From: Mytilus trossulus
Lineage: Eukaryota
DNA length: 64,000 bases
Assembly: GCF_036588685.1 (NCBI RefSeq)
Contig: NC_086373.1
Coordinates: 62,062,001-62,126,000, forward strand
Direction of reading: 5' to 3'
The notes below the pieces were generated by a model. The model was not told the origin of the DNA and searched no databases. It saw only the letters and a program-made list of their open reading frames with translations. Of this stretch, positions 30,631 through 43,029 are shown piece after piece; positions within the stretch are counted from its first letter, which is position 1; each line of letters opens with the position of its first letter. Made by a program: the position numbers and the translations under genes.

Positions 30631-30672
30631 CGCCAGACGCGCGTTTCGTCTACATAAGACTCACCAGTGACG
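30631..30672 (-). ncRNA. Minimal type-I hammerhead ribozyme, A6G core variant
   Basis: Identical to 28899-28940. Confidence 0.75.
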
Positions 30673-32384
30673 CTCAAATCAAAATATGTATAAAGCCAAA
30701 CAAGTATAAAGTTGAAGAGCATTGAGGATCCAAAATTCCAAAAAGTTGTGCCAAATAACAACGATGAAGCTTAAAGCTAAGACCAGATTTCAAAAATAAA
30801 TAGATCACTAAACTCAGCTGCATAAATATTCTAACAGAAATCATATTGAAAGTCAGTGACCTGATAGAATGGTCAAATTGATTGTATTTCCATTTGAAAA
30901 TGATGACCTGAATCAAAATATCTGCCTTTCGACATACCTATTTGCCTAGAGTTTGGTGCTTATTCATAGCAAGCGTACACTTTTACAGCGTGAAAGCTCT
31001 TGATATTTGTTTTTGACCTTTAGTTAGATGTTTAATAATTAAATTTTATCCATGTATAATAGCAGAAAATGCACAAGCGATGATTTTAAACATCTGATCA
31101 ATGAACAGCTTTAGAAAGATAATTATGCACTGAAACACCAGAAAATTCATCTAAATCCTCTGAATCAACATTCATTCCCATTGATTATCCTTAATGTCAT
31201 CTTATTTGCTTATACATTTAGTATCCATATTTTTATAGATAGGTAATTACTGTTCCAGTGGTCTACATTTTCAGAAAAATCTAAAATATATTATTTTTAA
31301 TTTTGTTTTGTAATATGACAATACATCTATAATAGAGGCAATACACATTTAATTTGTCCCTAGCGTGGTCTATTTAAATACACTGATCGACACTTAACTA
31401 TACTATGATAAATGAACTTTTTATTAAACTGATTAAAAATAAAGATAGCCAGACAATAAAATGTTAAAACCCCGATGACATATTTTTCTGAAAATGACAA
31501 ATAATTTCTCTGTCAATATAAGCTTATTAACTAAAAGATACTCTTTAAAAGTCTACATAGACAATTTTCGGATCGTTTTTTAAACTTATATTTCAATATT
31601 TTTTTATAAATTAAGACGATTATGGCAATTTTCTTTCAACGACAAGGGTACCTTGAAATCGCTTGATCTATTGGTATTTTTCTGACTAAAGTGAAAGGAA
31701 AGCGGGGAAAGATACGACAAGAGATAAAAACGCCACAATAACAGAAATTTTTGTTCGTATATTGTACATGTATCAACAACAAAAGCCTGTTTTGGATATC
31801 TTTTTGTTTAGATGCAATTAGTTCTACTTGAGGTAAATAATTAAGTTACCTTTTCTCATTAACAGTATAACTTTTTAAGCCTATCTTTTTACCAAGTCAC
31901 GTAAATGGGTTTCTTACACGAGAAAGAATCTGCGTTTTTCTTAGATATAAATCAACATCGTCGATAATTCGTGATATTTATTGATATTTGTAGTTAGTTT
32001 AATTGTACAAAAAATAAACATTACGATGGATATCTTCACAGTATTTTGTCTGATAATAAATCGAGGTAAGTCGTAAGTTTCTGAATAAGATTTTGATTTT
32101 TGAATTTTGAATATTAGTTAAGACTTTTTAAATGCGTGCGGGGATACTTGTGTTCAATTCACATATCATGTAAACATTTGAAAAACTTTCAAAATTTGAT
32201 TTGAGTAACAATGTACATGTATCTCTCTGGTATTCTAACAATAAGTTTAATGCAATGCACAACAGAGGAATGTGTATTGCTCATATAAATTCTTCCATAA
32301 AACACACAAATATATCATTCCATTACTTGGATACACGGATAACGTATATAGAAATTGGGTATAATTGAATTCACTTGTCCAAAT

Positions 32385-32635
32385 ATAAAAAAAGAAGATG
32401 TGGTATGATGCCAATGAGATAACTATCCACAAAAGACCAAAATGACACAAACATAAACAATTATAGGTCACCGTACGGCCTTCAACAATGAGCAAAGCCC
32501 ATACCGCATATAGTCAGCTATAAAAGGCCCCGATAAGACAATGTAAAACAATTCAAACGAGAAAACTAACGGCCTTATTTATGTAAAAAAAATGAACGAA
32601 TAACAAATGTGTAACACATAAACAAACGACAACCA
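32385..32635 (-). mobile_element. SINE-like repeat, subfamily A (truncated)
   Basis: Near-identical to 38428-38680. Confidence 0.7.
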
Positions 32636-33704
32636 AGTCCATTTGTCTCAACTCGGCCGATTCCGTAACCTCGTCTAAAAAGATAGAAGGATAGTAGCAG
32701 ATTTTACCGAGGATTGCCGAATGGTTCAAAGTAGTATGCATAGTTGTCGTTGGTTGCTGTCTGTCAAATTTATTTCTTGTTTTTAATGATTTATTTTTTC
32801 GCATTTACATCTTATTATTACTTTTTCTGCTTATACTATGCAGTATGGGTTTTGTTCATTCTTTAAGATGGATTCTGACCTGTAGATTTTTATTCAATCC
32901 TGGTCCTTTGGTCGTTGATAGTTGACTTAATCAGTCAATTAAAATGTCAGTAAAAGTAGCGAAAATTGTTAAACATATTTTGTTCCACCTGGAATATATT
33001 TCTATAAACCCCTTCAGATTATTTTTAAAATGGTAATGGTTTTGTAGCTGAAAACCGTTCCAATAAGAATAAAACAATTTTAATATGAGGTCACCAGATT
33101 CTCCTATGTTCCTTTCAAACATGTGTAACTCTCCCTTATAAATTTTACCAAAAGCAACCTATAAAGTGGATAAAAGGCTTCCAACGGTAATTACCCATTT
33201 CGGGTTTCGTCACATTTTGCATTTTTGTGGATCTTGTATGGTTGAAAATATTTTTATTTTGTTGTTTTTTCCATCTGTCATAGTTTCCGGTTTAATTGTC
33301 AAAACTATAATAATAAAACATTAGTCTAGAATCGTAATTTAAGGGCATTCAATCCTTAAGAAGTCATCCGCAGGTTTCTTCCATGAAATGAGGGCGTTAA
33401 TTTTATTTTTGTAGATCTAGTATAGTCCGCCAACAGTTTCAACAGTCGTTTGCATGATTCCGAGATATATTTTTTTCCCGCAATATGCATAGAAAAAAAA
33501 CCAAAATTCCTCCTATTCAATCGCATTTTTGAATGTTTCGTCATTTAAATAAGGTATACTTTAAATTAATATACATTTTCAGCTGCTCTGGTGGCTATTT
33601 AAATCATAGTTAGGGTCATAAACTTTACTTTTAAATTTCATTACTTCCAGTGATATATTGTTTTACCTAGTATTTCTTTTTTGTCAAAGATAATTTTTCT
33701 CATG

Positions 33705-34220
33705 TATAAAAAAGAAGATTTGGTATGATTGCCAATGAGACAACTCTTCCGAAGAGACTAAACGACACAGAACAACAATAAGCAAAGCCCATACCACATA
33801 ATCCGCTATATAAGGCACCGAAATGACATATGTAAAACAATTCAAACAAGAAAATTAACGGCCTAATAAATTAACGGCCTAATTCATGTACAAAAAAAAT
33901 AACGAAAAATAAAGATGTAACACAGCAAAAAAAAGACAACCACTGAATTTAAGTCTCCTGCTTTGTGATAGGCATTTACATGCAGAGAGTGTCGTGGTTT
34001 TAAACTTGTTAGCGGGATCCCAACCCTCCCCCTAACCTGGGACAGTGGTGTCAATAATCAGTTGAAAACTTTTTAACTCATCAGATACAAATAAAAATAC
34101 AAAATACACAGAGTGGACGTGGATGGGTACTTTTACATCCCAAAAACAAAAAGACACTAATATAAAATTAGTATACATATATGAGATTACTCGCAATTAC
34201 TGACAGCTAGTGCAAAGTTA
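33705..34220 (-). mobile_element. SINE-like repeat, subfamily A (older, longer copy)
   Basis: Colinear with 38428-38850, including CCCAACCCTCCCCCTAACCTGGGACAGTGG. Confidence 0.6.
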
Positions 34221-35755
34221 AAAACAACTAATAAAAATACACTGTTAAGTGCTATGGGAATAGCTTTGTCAAAGAATTACACTAAGTCTACTGTGCCTTA
34301 GGTTAAGCAAGGAACATAATTTTTTTCGTACTAAAACGTCAGTATTTGATAGCACCGCTGATAAGCTACTGCAACAGTAACTAATTTAATAGTAAGAAGT
34401 GATGCCGGCAATTTTAAAGTAAAATTTACGAGGTTTTCAACAAGTTGATTTGATAAAAAAAAAAATGTATGCCAACCTTTTCAATATGTGACTGGAGCAA
34501 TATGGTACTACAAACACGAATACATTTAATTAGGTATCATTTTTTTCATATCTGGTTTCAATTATTTCAAAATATTTTTTTCTCAACAATACTTTTAAAT
34601 TTTTTAACGACATATATAGATTGTTCTTCATGAAAGCTAAAATACTTTTTTTAAATCCTTGGCATTGTGGTCCTTCTTAATTAAAGTGTGAATAGCTTTC
34701 TTAAGTGGATACACGGATAACGAACTATTTAAATGAATTTGTCATTATTTGAGTTAGCTATAGTATTTTTATTTCTTCTTAAGAAATAATTTTAAAATGA
34801 AAATTGCCAAATTGAAGAGAACTTAAATCTCAAATCAAAATAAGCAAGGTCAAACTTTAAATACCATCTTGATTTTCAGTTCATTAACTAATAATTTGAA
34901 ATCATTTTTATACTTGAGAACATTTCAAGGCTTATTTTGAAGTATCTGCATGCCATGATATTCGGTTTTAATATTTTTCTAAATTGGAATTTTATCAAAT
35001 AAGAAATGGACATCTCAACATCAAACGGTAAGGATTTCACTTATATAATATACTAAGTATTAAAAAATATAGATTATTAGGAAGTAAAACCAGTCTCTGT
35101 GTTATGTTTAGGTGACACTTTTCATACATTAGAACACGTTCTTAGCTGTTCATATTTTTTTTTCGGAAGGAAATCATTGTTCTCGAATTTCCACTATCAT
35201 TTTGACTGGTATACTTCATTGTTTTATATTATGGAATATTTTTAAATCATAAACAATTATATAATAGATAAGTGAAAATATAACAATACATGTACACAAT
35301 ATATAAATTATGTACTCATAAATTGTGTACAAAACAATAATAAAGGATATCTTTTATAGGAAATATTTATAGAGTATATATTTACAAATTTTCCTTTTTT
35401 TTCAATATTGGTGTTGTTTTGTACGCTTTAACGTGGTATATATACACAAACAAAAGCATTTAAAAATCATTAGTTGGTTTTATGCTTATTACTAGTAAAG
35501 TATCAGCCTTTCATGCCATTTGTTTTCTCGTTTGAATTGTCTTACATTCTTCATTTCGGAGATTTTTACAATAGCATACAATAAAATATGAGTTTTGCTC
35601 ATTATTGATGGCCATACTGTGACCTATAGTTGTTAACATTTAGGTCATTTAGTCAAATTAGTGAAATGTTATTTCATTGGCAATCTTACCACATACATTC
35701 GCTTCTATATTTTGTTATTCTACATTTTTTTTGTGTGTTTCAGATTACTTAAAAG

Positions 35756-36679
35756 ATGCCAGAACTGGCACCATGTTGTCAATCATTCTCTGAAGGGATT
35801 CAGTATTCCAAACCAGAAACAGCAAACTTAACTAAACAAAAAATGGACCACGAGAGGTGGAGATATGAAAATGCTGTTCATAAAATAGACATAAATTCTA
35901 AAATTGCAGAAGAAATTTGTTCTAAAAATGTACAACAGGCTAAAGACGACCACTTAAAAACTTTAGCATACGCTCGGGTATATCAACTTCATAGTTTTGA
36001 TAAATATGATCCATTCAAAGACGATCCTCTAGAAGGAAAAGCCAAACGTAGGAAGCGGAAAAGGAAACAAAAACCTAGACCAAATACTTTCCAGACAATT
36101 GCAAATCCGGAAAAGGATGACCCGGAAACATTACTTTCTCTTTCACCTCAACGCAGCACTCTAACACTTGCTGCACTGAATAGAACTTTTCCTCAAATTT
36201 CAACAATGGAACCAGTAGAAAAAGAAACGGACAATAAAAGTTTGAGTAACTCACATTACAATGCTCTTTGTCTTTGGAAAAGTGCTACTAAGAAACTGTT
36301 TATGAAAGAGAAAAAAGTCAAAGCTCATAAAGAGCCTCAACTTACAATGAAAGCAAAGGCTAAACTGGAGGTTGAGAGGCCACAACGAAAGAACATATTC
36401 CCCGGGGAGTGCAAAACACAGGCTGCTCTAAGGAGATTCATGGAACATGAGACAGAACTAGTTATGCAAGAAATGACAGCACCGAAGCATAAAAAGGATG
36501 AGAGTTTTAGGAAAATGGTAGAAAGAGCACAACTACCAGACATCATTCGGAGAGATAAATCGTTTTCTGCAATAGTTAAGGACTTTAAAACGTACAAAGA
36601 GGAGAAAGAAGAACGAAGGCACAGGAAAATGATTGAATATGTGACACATCACTTCAATCAAAATTCTATACTACATTAA
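35756..36679 (+). CDS. Uncharacterised basic protein (307 aa) with a putative nuclear localisation signal
   Basis: Long non-repetitive ORF in AT-rich DNA. Splice acceptor TTTCAG at 35743, in-frame TAA before the ATG, probable 5'UTR exon ending 35027 (GTAAGG). KAKRRKRKRKQKPRP cluster. No domain recognised. Confidence 0.75.
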   Translation: MPELAPCCQSFSEGIQYSKPETANLTKQKMDHERWRYENAVHKIDINSKIAEEICSKNVQQAKDDHLKTLAYARVYQLHSFDKYDPFKDDPLEGKAKRRKRKRKQKPRPNTFQTIANPEKDDPETLLSLSPQRSTLTLAALNRTFPQISTMEPVEKETDNKSLSNSHYNALCLWKSATKKLFMKEKKVKAHKEPQLTMKAKAKLEVERPQRKNIFPGECKTQAALRRFMEHETELVMQEMTAPKHKKDESFRKMVERAQLPDIIRRDKSFSAIVKDFKTYKEEKEERRHRKMIEYVTHHFNQNSILH

Positions 36680-38427
36680 AAATCCGAAATATTTCTTAGG
36701 AATTAAAACACTTGTTTTTTTAACTACACTTAGCTTCCTTGTATTGATTACTTACATTTAAATTATGTTTTCATTTATCGTTTCAAATGATGTTTAATTA
36801 TAATTTGAAGACATTAAAACATGTATTTTAACTTATGTGTATAACAAAACTGGAAACTTTTACAGCAATACTAATAAATAATTAATCCACATTTAGTCAT
36901 TTATCTTAAAAATACCTACCTGCAACTGTTGACGTCATTTTAAACATGTTTAAACTTGATAAATTTAAAGTTAATTACGTAAGAATTTCTACGATAGCTT
37001 CAAAAGCATTAAAAAACTTAAGTCCTTCTAAAGTGCCCCCCCCCCTTTTCCCCCTTCCCGGCTGGATTGAATTTTACAACAGACAAAAGGGACAATAAAG
37101 ACTTGAATGTTTTGGTCATGTTTGTCATGCTCGTCTCGACAATGAAATAACAACAATTTAAAAGGTAAACCCTCTCTATTGAGGGTTTCATTTATTTCAA
37201 TTCATAGTGAATTAAGCGAAATCTGTAAACTGATTCCGTAGAACAAAACCCCTGAAAATCTATATAAATATGAAATACAATGTACAAAAGTGTAAATAAA
37301 TGTTCAAAAAATGGTTTACCGCTAAAATGTATGGACTTTTTTTAATTTTTATCTACTATACTAAGTCTTCTTATTTTGAAATTGGTTGCCGCACTTATTC
37401 TTAAAGATGAATTAACTGACTTTTAGCAGTGTGGAACACCAACAGATTTGCTATGCTATCATAAAAAATACAAAAGTTTTTTTTAAAATTTCGACTTGAT
37501 GAACATGTAAAAATCTTAAAAACTCATGCCACCCTATTGCAAATACATTTTCTGCTGTAAGACAACGGTTCGTAAGTGATAAATCAAACGACTATATATG
37601 CTGCACCATTCTTAACTTAAACTTGTATTTATGTTATTGAGAAACATACTATCCACACTGATCTGTGTCCACACTTGTTATGTTATGGAAATATTCGTTG
37701 GTAAGATTTTATAAATAAACAGGAATTCATTGAAACACATTGTAGCAGATTTTGGGTTAAGAACTGAAGGCCAATTATGTTAAATTTAAGAGATACTAAT
37801 TTAATTGAGTCGACGTATTCATTTTCTCAAAACGCAGGAGCTTCAAACTATTACAAAATCGACTCAAATTCAACTATTTTATATACAACCACTTAGTCTA
37901 TGAATTATATAGCATATCTTTATAGAATTTTGAATCAATTGTTTATATTTATCATAAATTTCAAGAACTTTATATGAGTTTCATTATCTGAAGATTTCTT
38001 TTACGATTTTCACATGATGTGAATGCTTCTGACAGCACCATGTGGTATACAGTGAATACGTTTTAGCCAATAGTAAAAAAACGATAAATGTTAAATAAAA
38101 ATGTAGCCTCTCTGTGGACATTCACGTTTAAGGTTAAAAGGTGACGATATTTTATAAATCTAAGAATCTTGTTTATACTTTTTCTGTTTTCTTACCAGAT
38201 GTTTAATTTACGCAGAGGTATTCCAGTCGATCTTCTATAGAAACTGCCAATGCATACCAGGACAACTATAAAATTGGTGTTTTTTTTGTATTTTCAAAAC
38301 TAAAGATATTTGAAAGGATTTTAGCTGACGTTAATGGATATTTCACCTGAGAATCATCTTTTAGTTTCTCGGACTAAAACAATCTGAAATTAAGGTTATG
38401 GCGTATTATAACCATCAACTATAACAC

Positions 38428-38850
38428 TATAAAAAGAAGATGTGGTATGATTGCCAATGAGACAACTATCCACAAAAGACCAAAATGACACAAACATTAA
38501 CAACTATAGGTCACCGTACGGACTTCAACAATGAGCAAAGCCCATACCGCATAGTCAGCTATAAAAGGCCCCGATAAGACAATGTAAAACAATTCAAACG
38601 AGAAAACTAAGGGCCTTATTTATGTAAAAAAAAAATGAACGAAAAAACAAATATGTAACACATAAACAAACGAAAACCACTGAATTACAGGCTCCTGACT
38701 TGGGCATGCACATAATGATAAATAATGTGGCGGGGTTAAACATGTTAGCGGGATCCCAACCCTCCCCTAACCTGGGACAGTGGTGTAACAGTACAACATA
38801 AGAACGAACTATAAAAATCAGTTAAAAAGGCTTAACTCATCAGATAGAAA
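38428..38850 (-). mobile_element. SINE-like repeat, subfamily A
   Basis: Near-identical to 3441-3820. Confidence 0.7.
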
Positions 38851-39489
38851 AAAATAACACTAACATGCAACAAACAAGATCGGTCGTTTACGAGACCTGA
38901 AGCCTTAATGAAATATGTAATATTAGGTTCCCGCCATTAAATAGGGACGATCTTTAAGATTTTTGGGAGATGGAGGAGGTGTTGGATTGAACATTTATTA
39001 TCATCTGTTGTCACTAATTTTTCGCGCGCGATTAAATATTTTTCAGGCTTTAATTTTGTACACAAATTTTTTTTCTGCATTTTGTGTTGCGGAATATTCA
39101 TTTTCATCCGGTCTTATGCAAGACTTTTTTTTTAGCTCTGACCAGGCCAGTGCATTAACTTTTTTAATCCTCACCCCTGAAATCCTTACGATTATCCCTT
39201 AAATGTAAGAAAAATGAAAATGGATAACCAATTGCCTTATTAAAGCTATATGTATCAATTCATTCAAGAAAAAATAAAATGACAAAGAGACGGGTATGTA
39301 TTGACAAATGAACAACAAATCGCTGTCTCGAAAGACGATTGAACGAATGTTGAAAGGTTCTTTATCGTCAATCGTACGCGTGATACGTCCATTTTCTGCT
39401 CTCGAATCAAATGAGCCTTAAAATTTTATCTTCATTCGTTACATCGTATTGTTAGCTACAGCTACCGTCAAACGGAGTAGATATAGTCT

Positions 39490-39700
39490 CGGTTTTTTTA
39501 TATAGATTAGACCGTTGGTTTTCCCGTTTGAATGGTTTTACACTAGCAATTTTGGGGCCCTTTATAGCTTGTTGTTCGGTGTGAGCCAAGGCTCCGTGTT
39601 GAAGGCCGTACATTGACCTATAATGGTTTACTTTTTTAAAATTGTTATTTGGATGGAGAGTTGTCTCATTGGCACTAATACCACATCTTCCTATATCTAA
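39490..39700 (+). mobile_element. SINE-like repeat, subfamily B
   Basis: Reverse complement of 12103-12320. Confidence 0.65.
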
Positions 39701-40480
39701 TAACTGTTTAGTGTCTTTAAATCAGCTGCATTTGTAAGAGGCTAGGAAACAAGGTGTATGCGAGCTTTTAGCGAGCTATTACACCTGTTTCGTGCCGAGT
39801 ACAAATACAGCTGATATTTAAAGACACTAAACAGTTGTTATCTTTATCCTGTAAATATCATTTGTGTTTGAAAGACACAAAACAAATGGTTTGCAATTAT
39901 TTTCGATATGAAATCCCTTGAGGCCCGTGTAGTAATACGATACAGTAAGCACACATTCAGCTGAAGACGAGTTTCGCATAAAAAGAATCTCGAATGGTCA
40001 ACAATAATACATCGCTCAAGGTGAATAACTATCTATTTTAACATAACAACTAATTTCAACAATAGGAACAAATAACAAAACATTGTCCAATTTGAAACAG
40101 AATTGTACGAATTGTCCCTCGCTTCAGACTCGACATTCACTAAACATGCATGCTGAAATTGACATGGTTGATCATGGTTGTTTTTGTTACACAATAATAC
40201 ACATTCAGGTTTTGAAATGGATAGTTGTCATCGTAGAAAAGACTGATGTTCGTGTGTGTATGTAATCAGAAAATTGGTGTGATTCTTATTACTCTAAAGA
40301 AATGTTTGAAAACAAATAAACATAACGTATTTAAGTAATCGTTAATTCGCAATTGATACGTCATTGGAATGCGACTGCAATACACGTTCTGAGGTCACAC
40401 AGGTTTATACAATATACTCATATCATAGCGATATCTGTAGGGCTGTATCTGTATAATAGGACACCCAATTGCAGGATAAA
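39700..40480. mobile_element. Palindrome-headed element with IR-bounded body, unclassified
   Basis: About 140-bp imperfect palindrome (AACTGTTTAGTGTCTTTAAAT...ATTTAAAGACACTAAACAGTT), then TTTATCCTGTAA ... TTGCAGGATAAA inverted repeats. Confidence 0.5.
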
Positions 40481-43029
40481 GAGTTTTAATCACTACAATT
40501 ATGGAAAGATTTAACCGTTTGTCGTCATGTGGGAAATCAAATTCACCCCCCCCCCCTCCCAAAAAAAAAGGGTGTTAGGTGAGGTTAAGATGTGTATCAT
40601 CTGTGATGTCGGTGTGCAAATAAGACTGCCAATGGGAAAAGGCAGTATGTAGGGTTGAGGCAATTAAGCCTTTAAAATGTTTTTGATCTCCAAAATGAAC
40701 TGATACAACACAGTTACACGCAGTATATCCGTGACACGTTCCTTATATATGAAGAAACGTATTCCGATCAGATGTGACTAAGAATTTGTACATCTCGAAC
40801 ACCGGCACTTGTCTCAGATCCCCCCCCCCCCCCCCCCCCCCCCATAAAAAAAAATACCTTATTAATAAGGTACAAATGTATACTTAGTCTAGTAAAGGAA
40901 AATAACAAGTACCTGCAATCCCGAACAGCAAAACAAACACCTACTTCAGCATGGACTTTGCTTCTTGATTGGATAATTCCATGGAGATGACCAAAATAAA
41001 TCTATACCGGGTTTAACCTGGTCAAAGAAAAGAATTCCGATGAGATTGCCGAGTATTTGTACATCCCTAACAGCAAAACAGACACCCCTCTTAGGCATAG
41101 GCTTTTTTCGGATTGAATAATCAGCATAAAATCGTTCAAAATTGTCTAAAAAGTATCCATTTTATGTCCTCCTTATAAAGAAATCTTGGATCCGCAACTT
41201 GATCCTAATGTGATATTTGAAAAATGTTATCAAAATCAGGGTTATCCCCAAACAAAACTAGGGGCATGTGAAAGAAATATGTATTACGTTTTTGGTATGT
41301 ATGTAAAAAAAAGTTATCTCTCTTCTTATAGAATATACGCACACTAAATAAAGTTGTGTTAAAATTTGATACTTGCTTGTCGAAAATGTTTGTTTTGTAA
41401 TTTGGTACATAACAGTGACACACTCTCTGCACACTAAAGAATCCTTGCAACAACTCTTTGGAGATTTGTAGTACTAATTTTGTTAGTAAAATGTTATCGT
41501 TATTTATAATATGTATCAAACTATTTACCATTGGGTGTTATGGTTTGTATTGGGCCATGCTTTATAAAATTTGATATGCATGTAGTCTGATATCAATAAC
41601 TGAAAGAAAAGATGACGGAAACGAACCTTGATAAATACCTTTAAAACAATTATCTTATCTGGCCAAATGTCGATTATTATCTATCAAAGCTTCCATCACA
41701 GAATGAAGCAACTCACATGTTTGTAAGATTTCTAACACACTTTTGATTGTATATATATAATGTGAAAATATATAATGGCAATTGTTTTCCTGATTAAGCT
41801 ATTTAAATTACTGTTGTCAGTTTGATCTTTCGGATCAGTTAGTCTTATTGTTATAATTATATGTAGTTAGATATTCTCTTTCAAAAAGTCATTGCTCCAT
41901 TTAATATCGTTTTGAACACAACATATGATTAACTTTTTAACGACATAGTATACAAATACTAATCCTGCACATGCATAAAGCATTGTACGTAAGTATATAT
42001 GATTTCTTTGTTTATTCTATATTTTCACATTATATGCGTAAAAAGATAAGGAAAATCGTGGTTGTAATTCGTTCTATTGGTGCAATGTGTAAATGTAATG
42101 ACATCTCTAGTTGATTAAAAGGAATCTCAATTTATGGCGTCGGATGCCCTAATAATATAATGTAAAAATGCGTAAACTTTATAGGAAGTTTCCAAACGAA
42201 CTTCCTGTAAAAGGTGCATATGATCGGTCACTGAACAGCAAGACCGTCTCATGAGGTATGATCACAACTAACTTTATAATCACTGCATATCAAGTCAACA
42301 AAGTGTTAAAACGAACATTTTCCCCTTGTACATAATCATTTACTTTGCCCTATAGAATTTATATTATCTTTGACAATATGAAGTCAGGTAATGGGTTCAA
42401 TGATTAAAGTACTAATTTGGCATTGCTGAGGCAGTATCTTTCTGAAGCCTCCTCTGTATCTTTATATATTAATTAGCTGAAATACACTCACTTTGAAACT
42501 GAATAGACTGAAGTCAAATGGTTTGGAAAATTAAAAAAGAAAGTGGTTCTGTTTGAGACAAGTTAATAACCGTTATGATAATTAAATATGAGTCAAAATT
42601 GAAAATACGTTCAAACCTATGATTGCGTTGGATAAAAACCGCAATTTTTATAAGTGTGCATGTCAAACAAATTTCGTTGTAGAAAAGTCTAAAAACACTA
42701 CGCACAAACAACATTTTCCAAAAGACCAAAAAAGTGAAAAAGTATAATTAAACAAAACGCTTATATATATACAGCAACAAACGACAACCAATGAAATAAA
42801 GGCTCCTGATTAGCGACGGGCATCTACATGTATATAATATGGCGGGGTTAAACATGTTTTCTGACGCCAGACCCTGTTGTTCATTTTAATCATAGTTCGG
42901 GAAACTCGAAGTTGACTAATGCTTTGACTTCATTGATTTTTTTCCCCCCCTGTAATCGACCATCATTATGTTATTCATATGTACAGTACATGAATTTCTC
43001 ATGCTAACGTTTTTTTGTAGATAATAACT

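Larger units (their letters stand above)
28866..30757 (-). mobile_element. Retrozyme-like tandem array: 5.5 x ~345-bp monomers, each with a hammerhead ribozyme
   Basis: Units start (AGTTATCAAAGGTACC) at 28866, 29211, 29556, 29901, 30245 and 30598. Non-coding; a minimal type-I HHR lies on the minus strand of each unit. Confidence 0.9.

Noticed and set aside
42184-42193. NF-kB-like site GGAAGTTTCC upstream of the B-box gene
   Set aside because: It is a short imperfect match, the TSS is unknown, and such a match is expected by chance.
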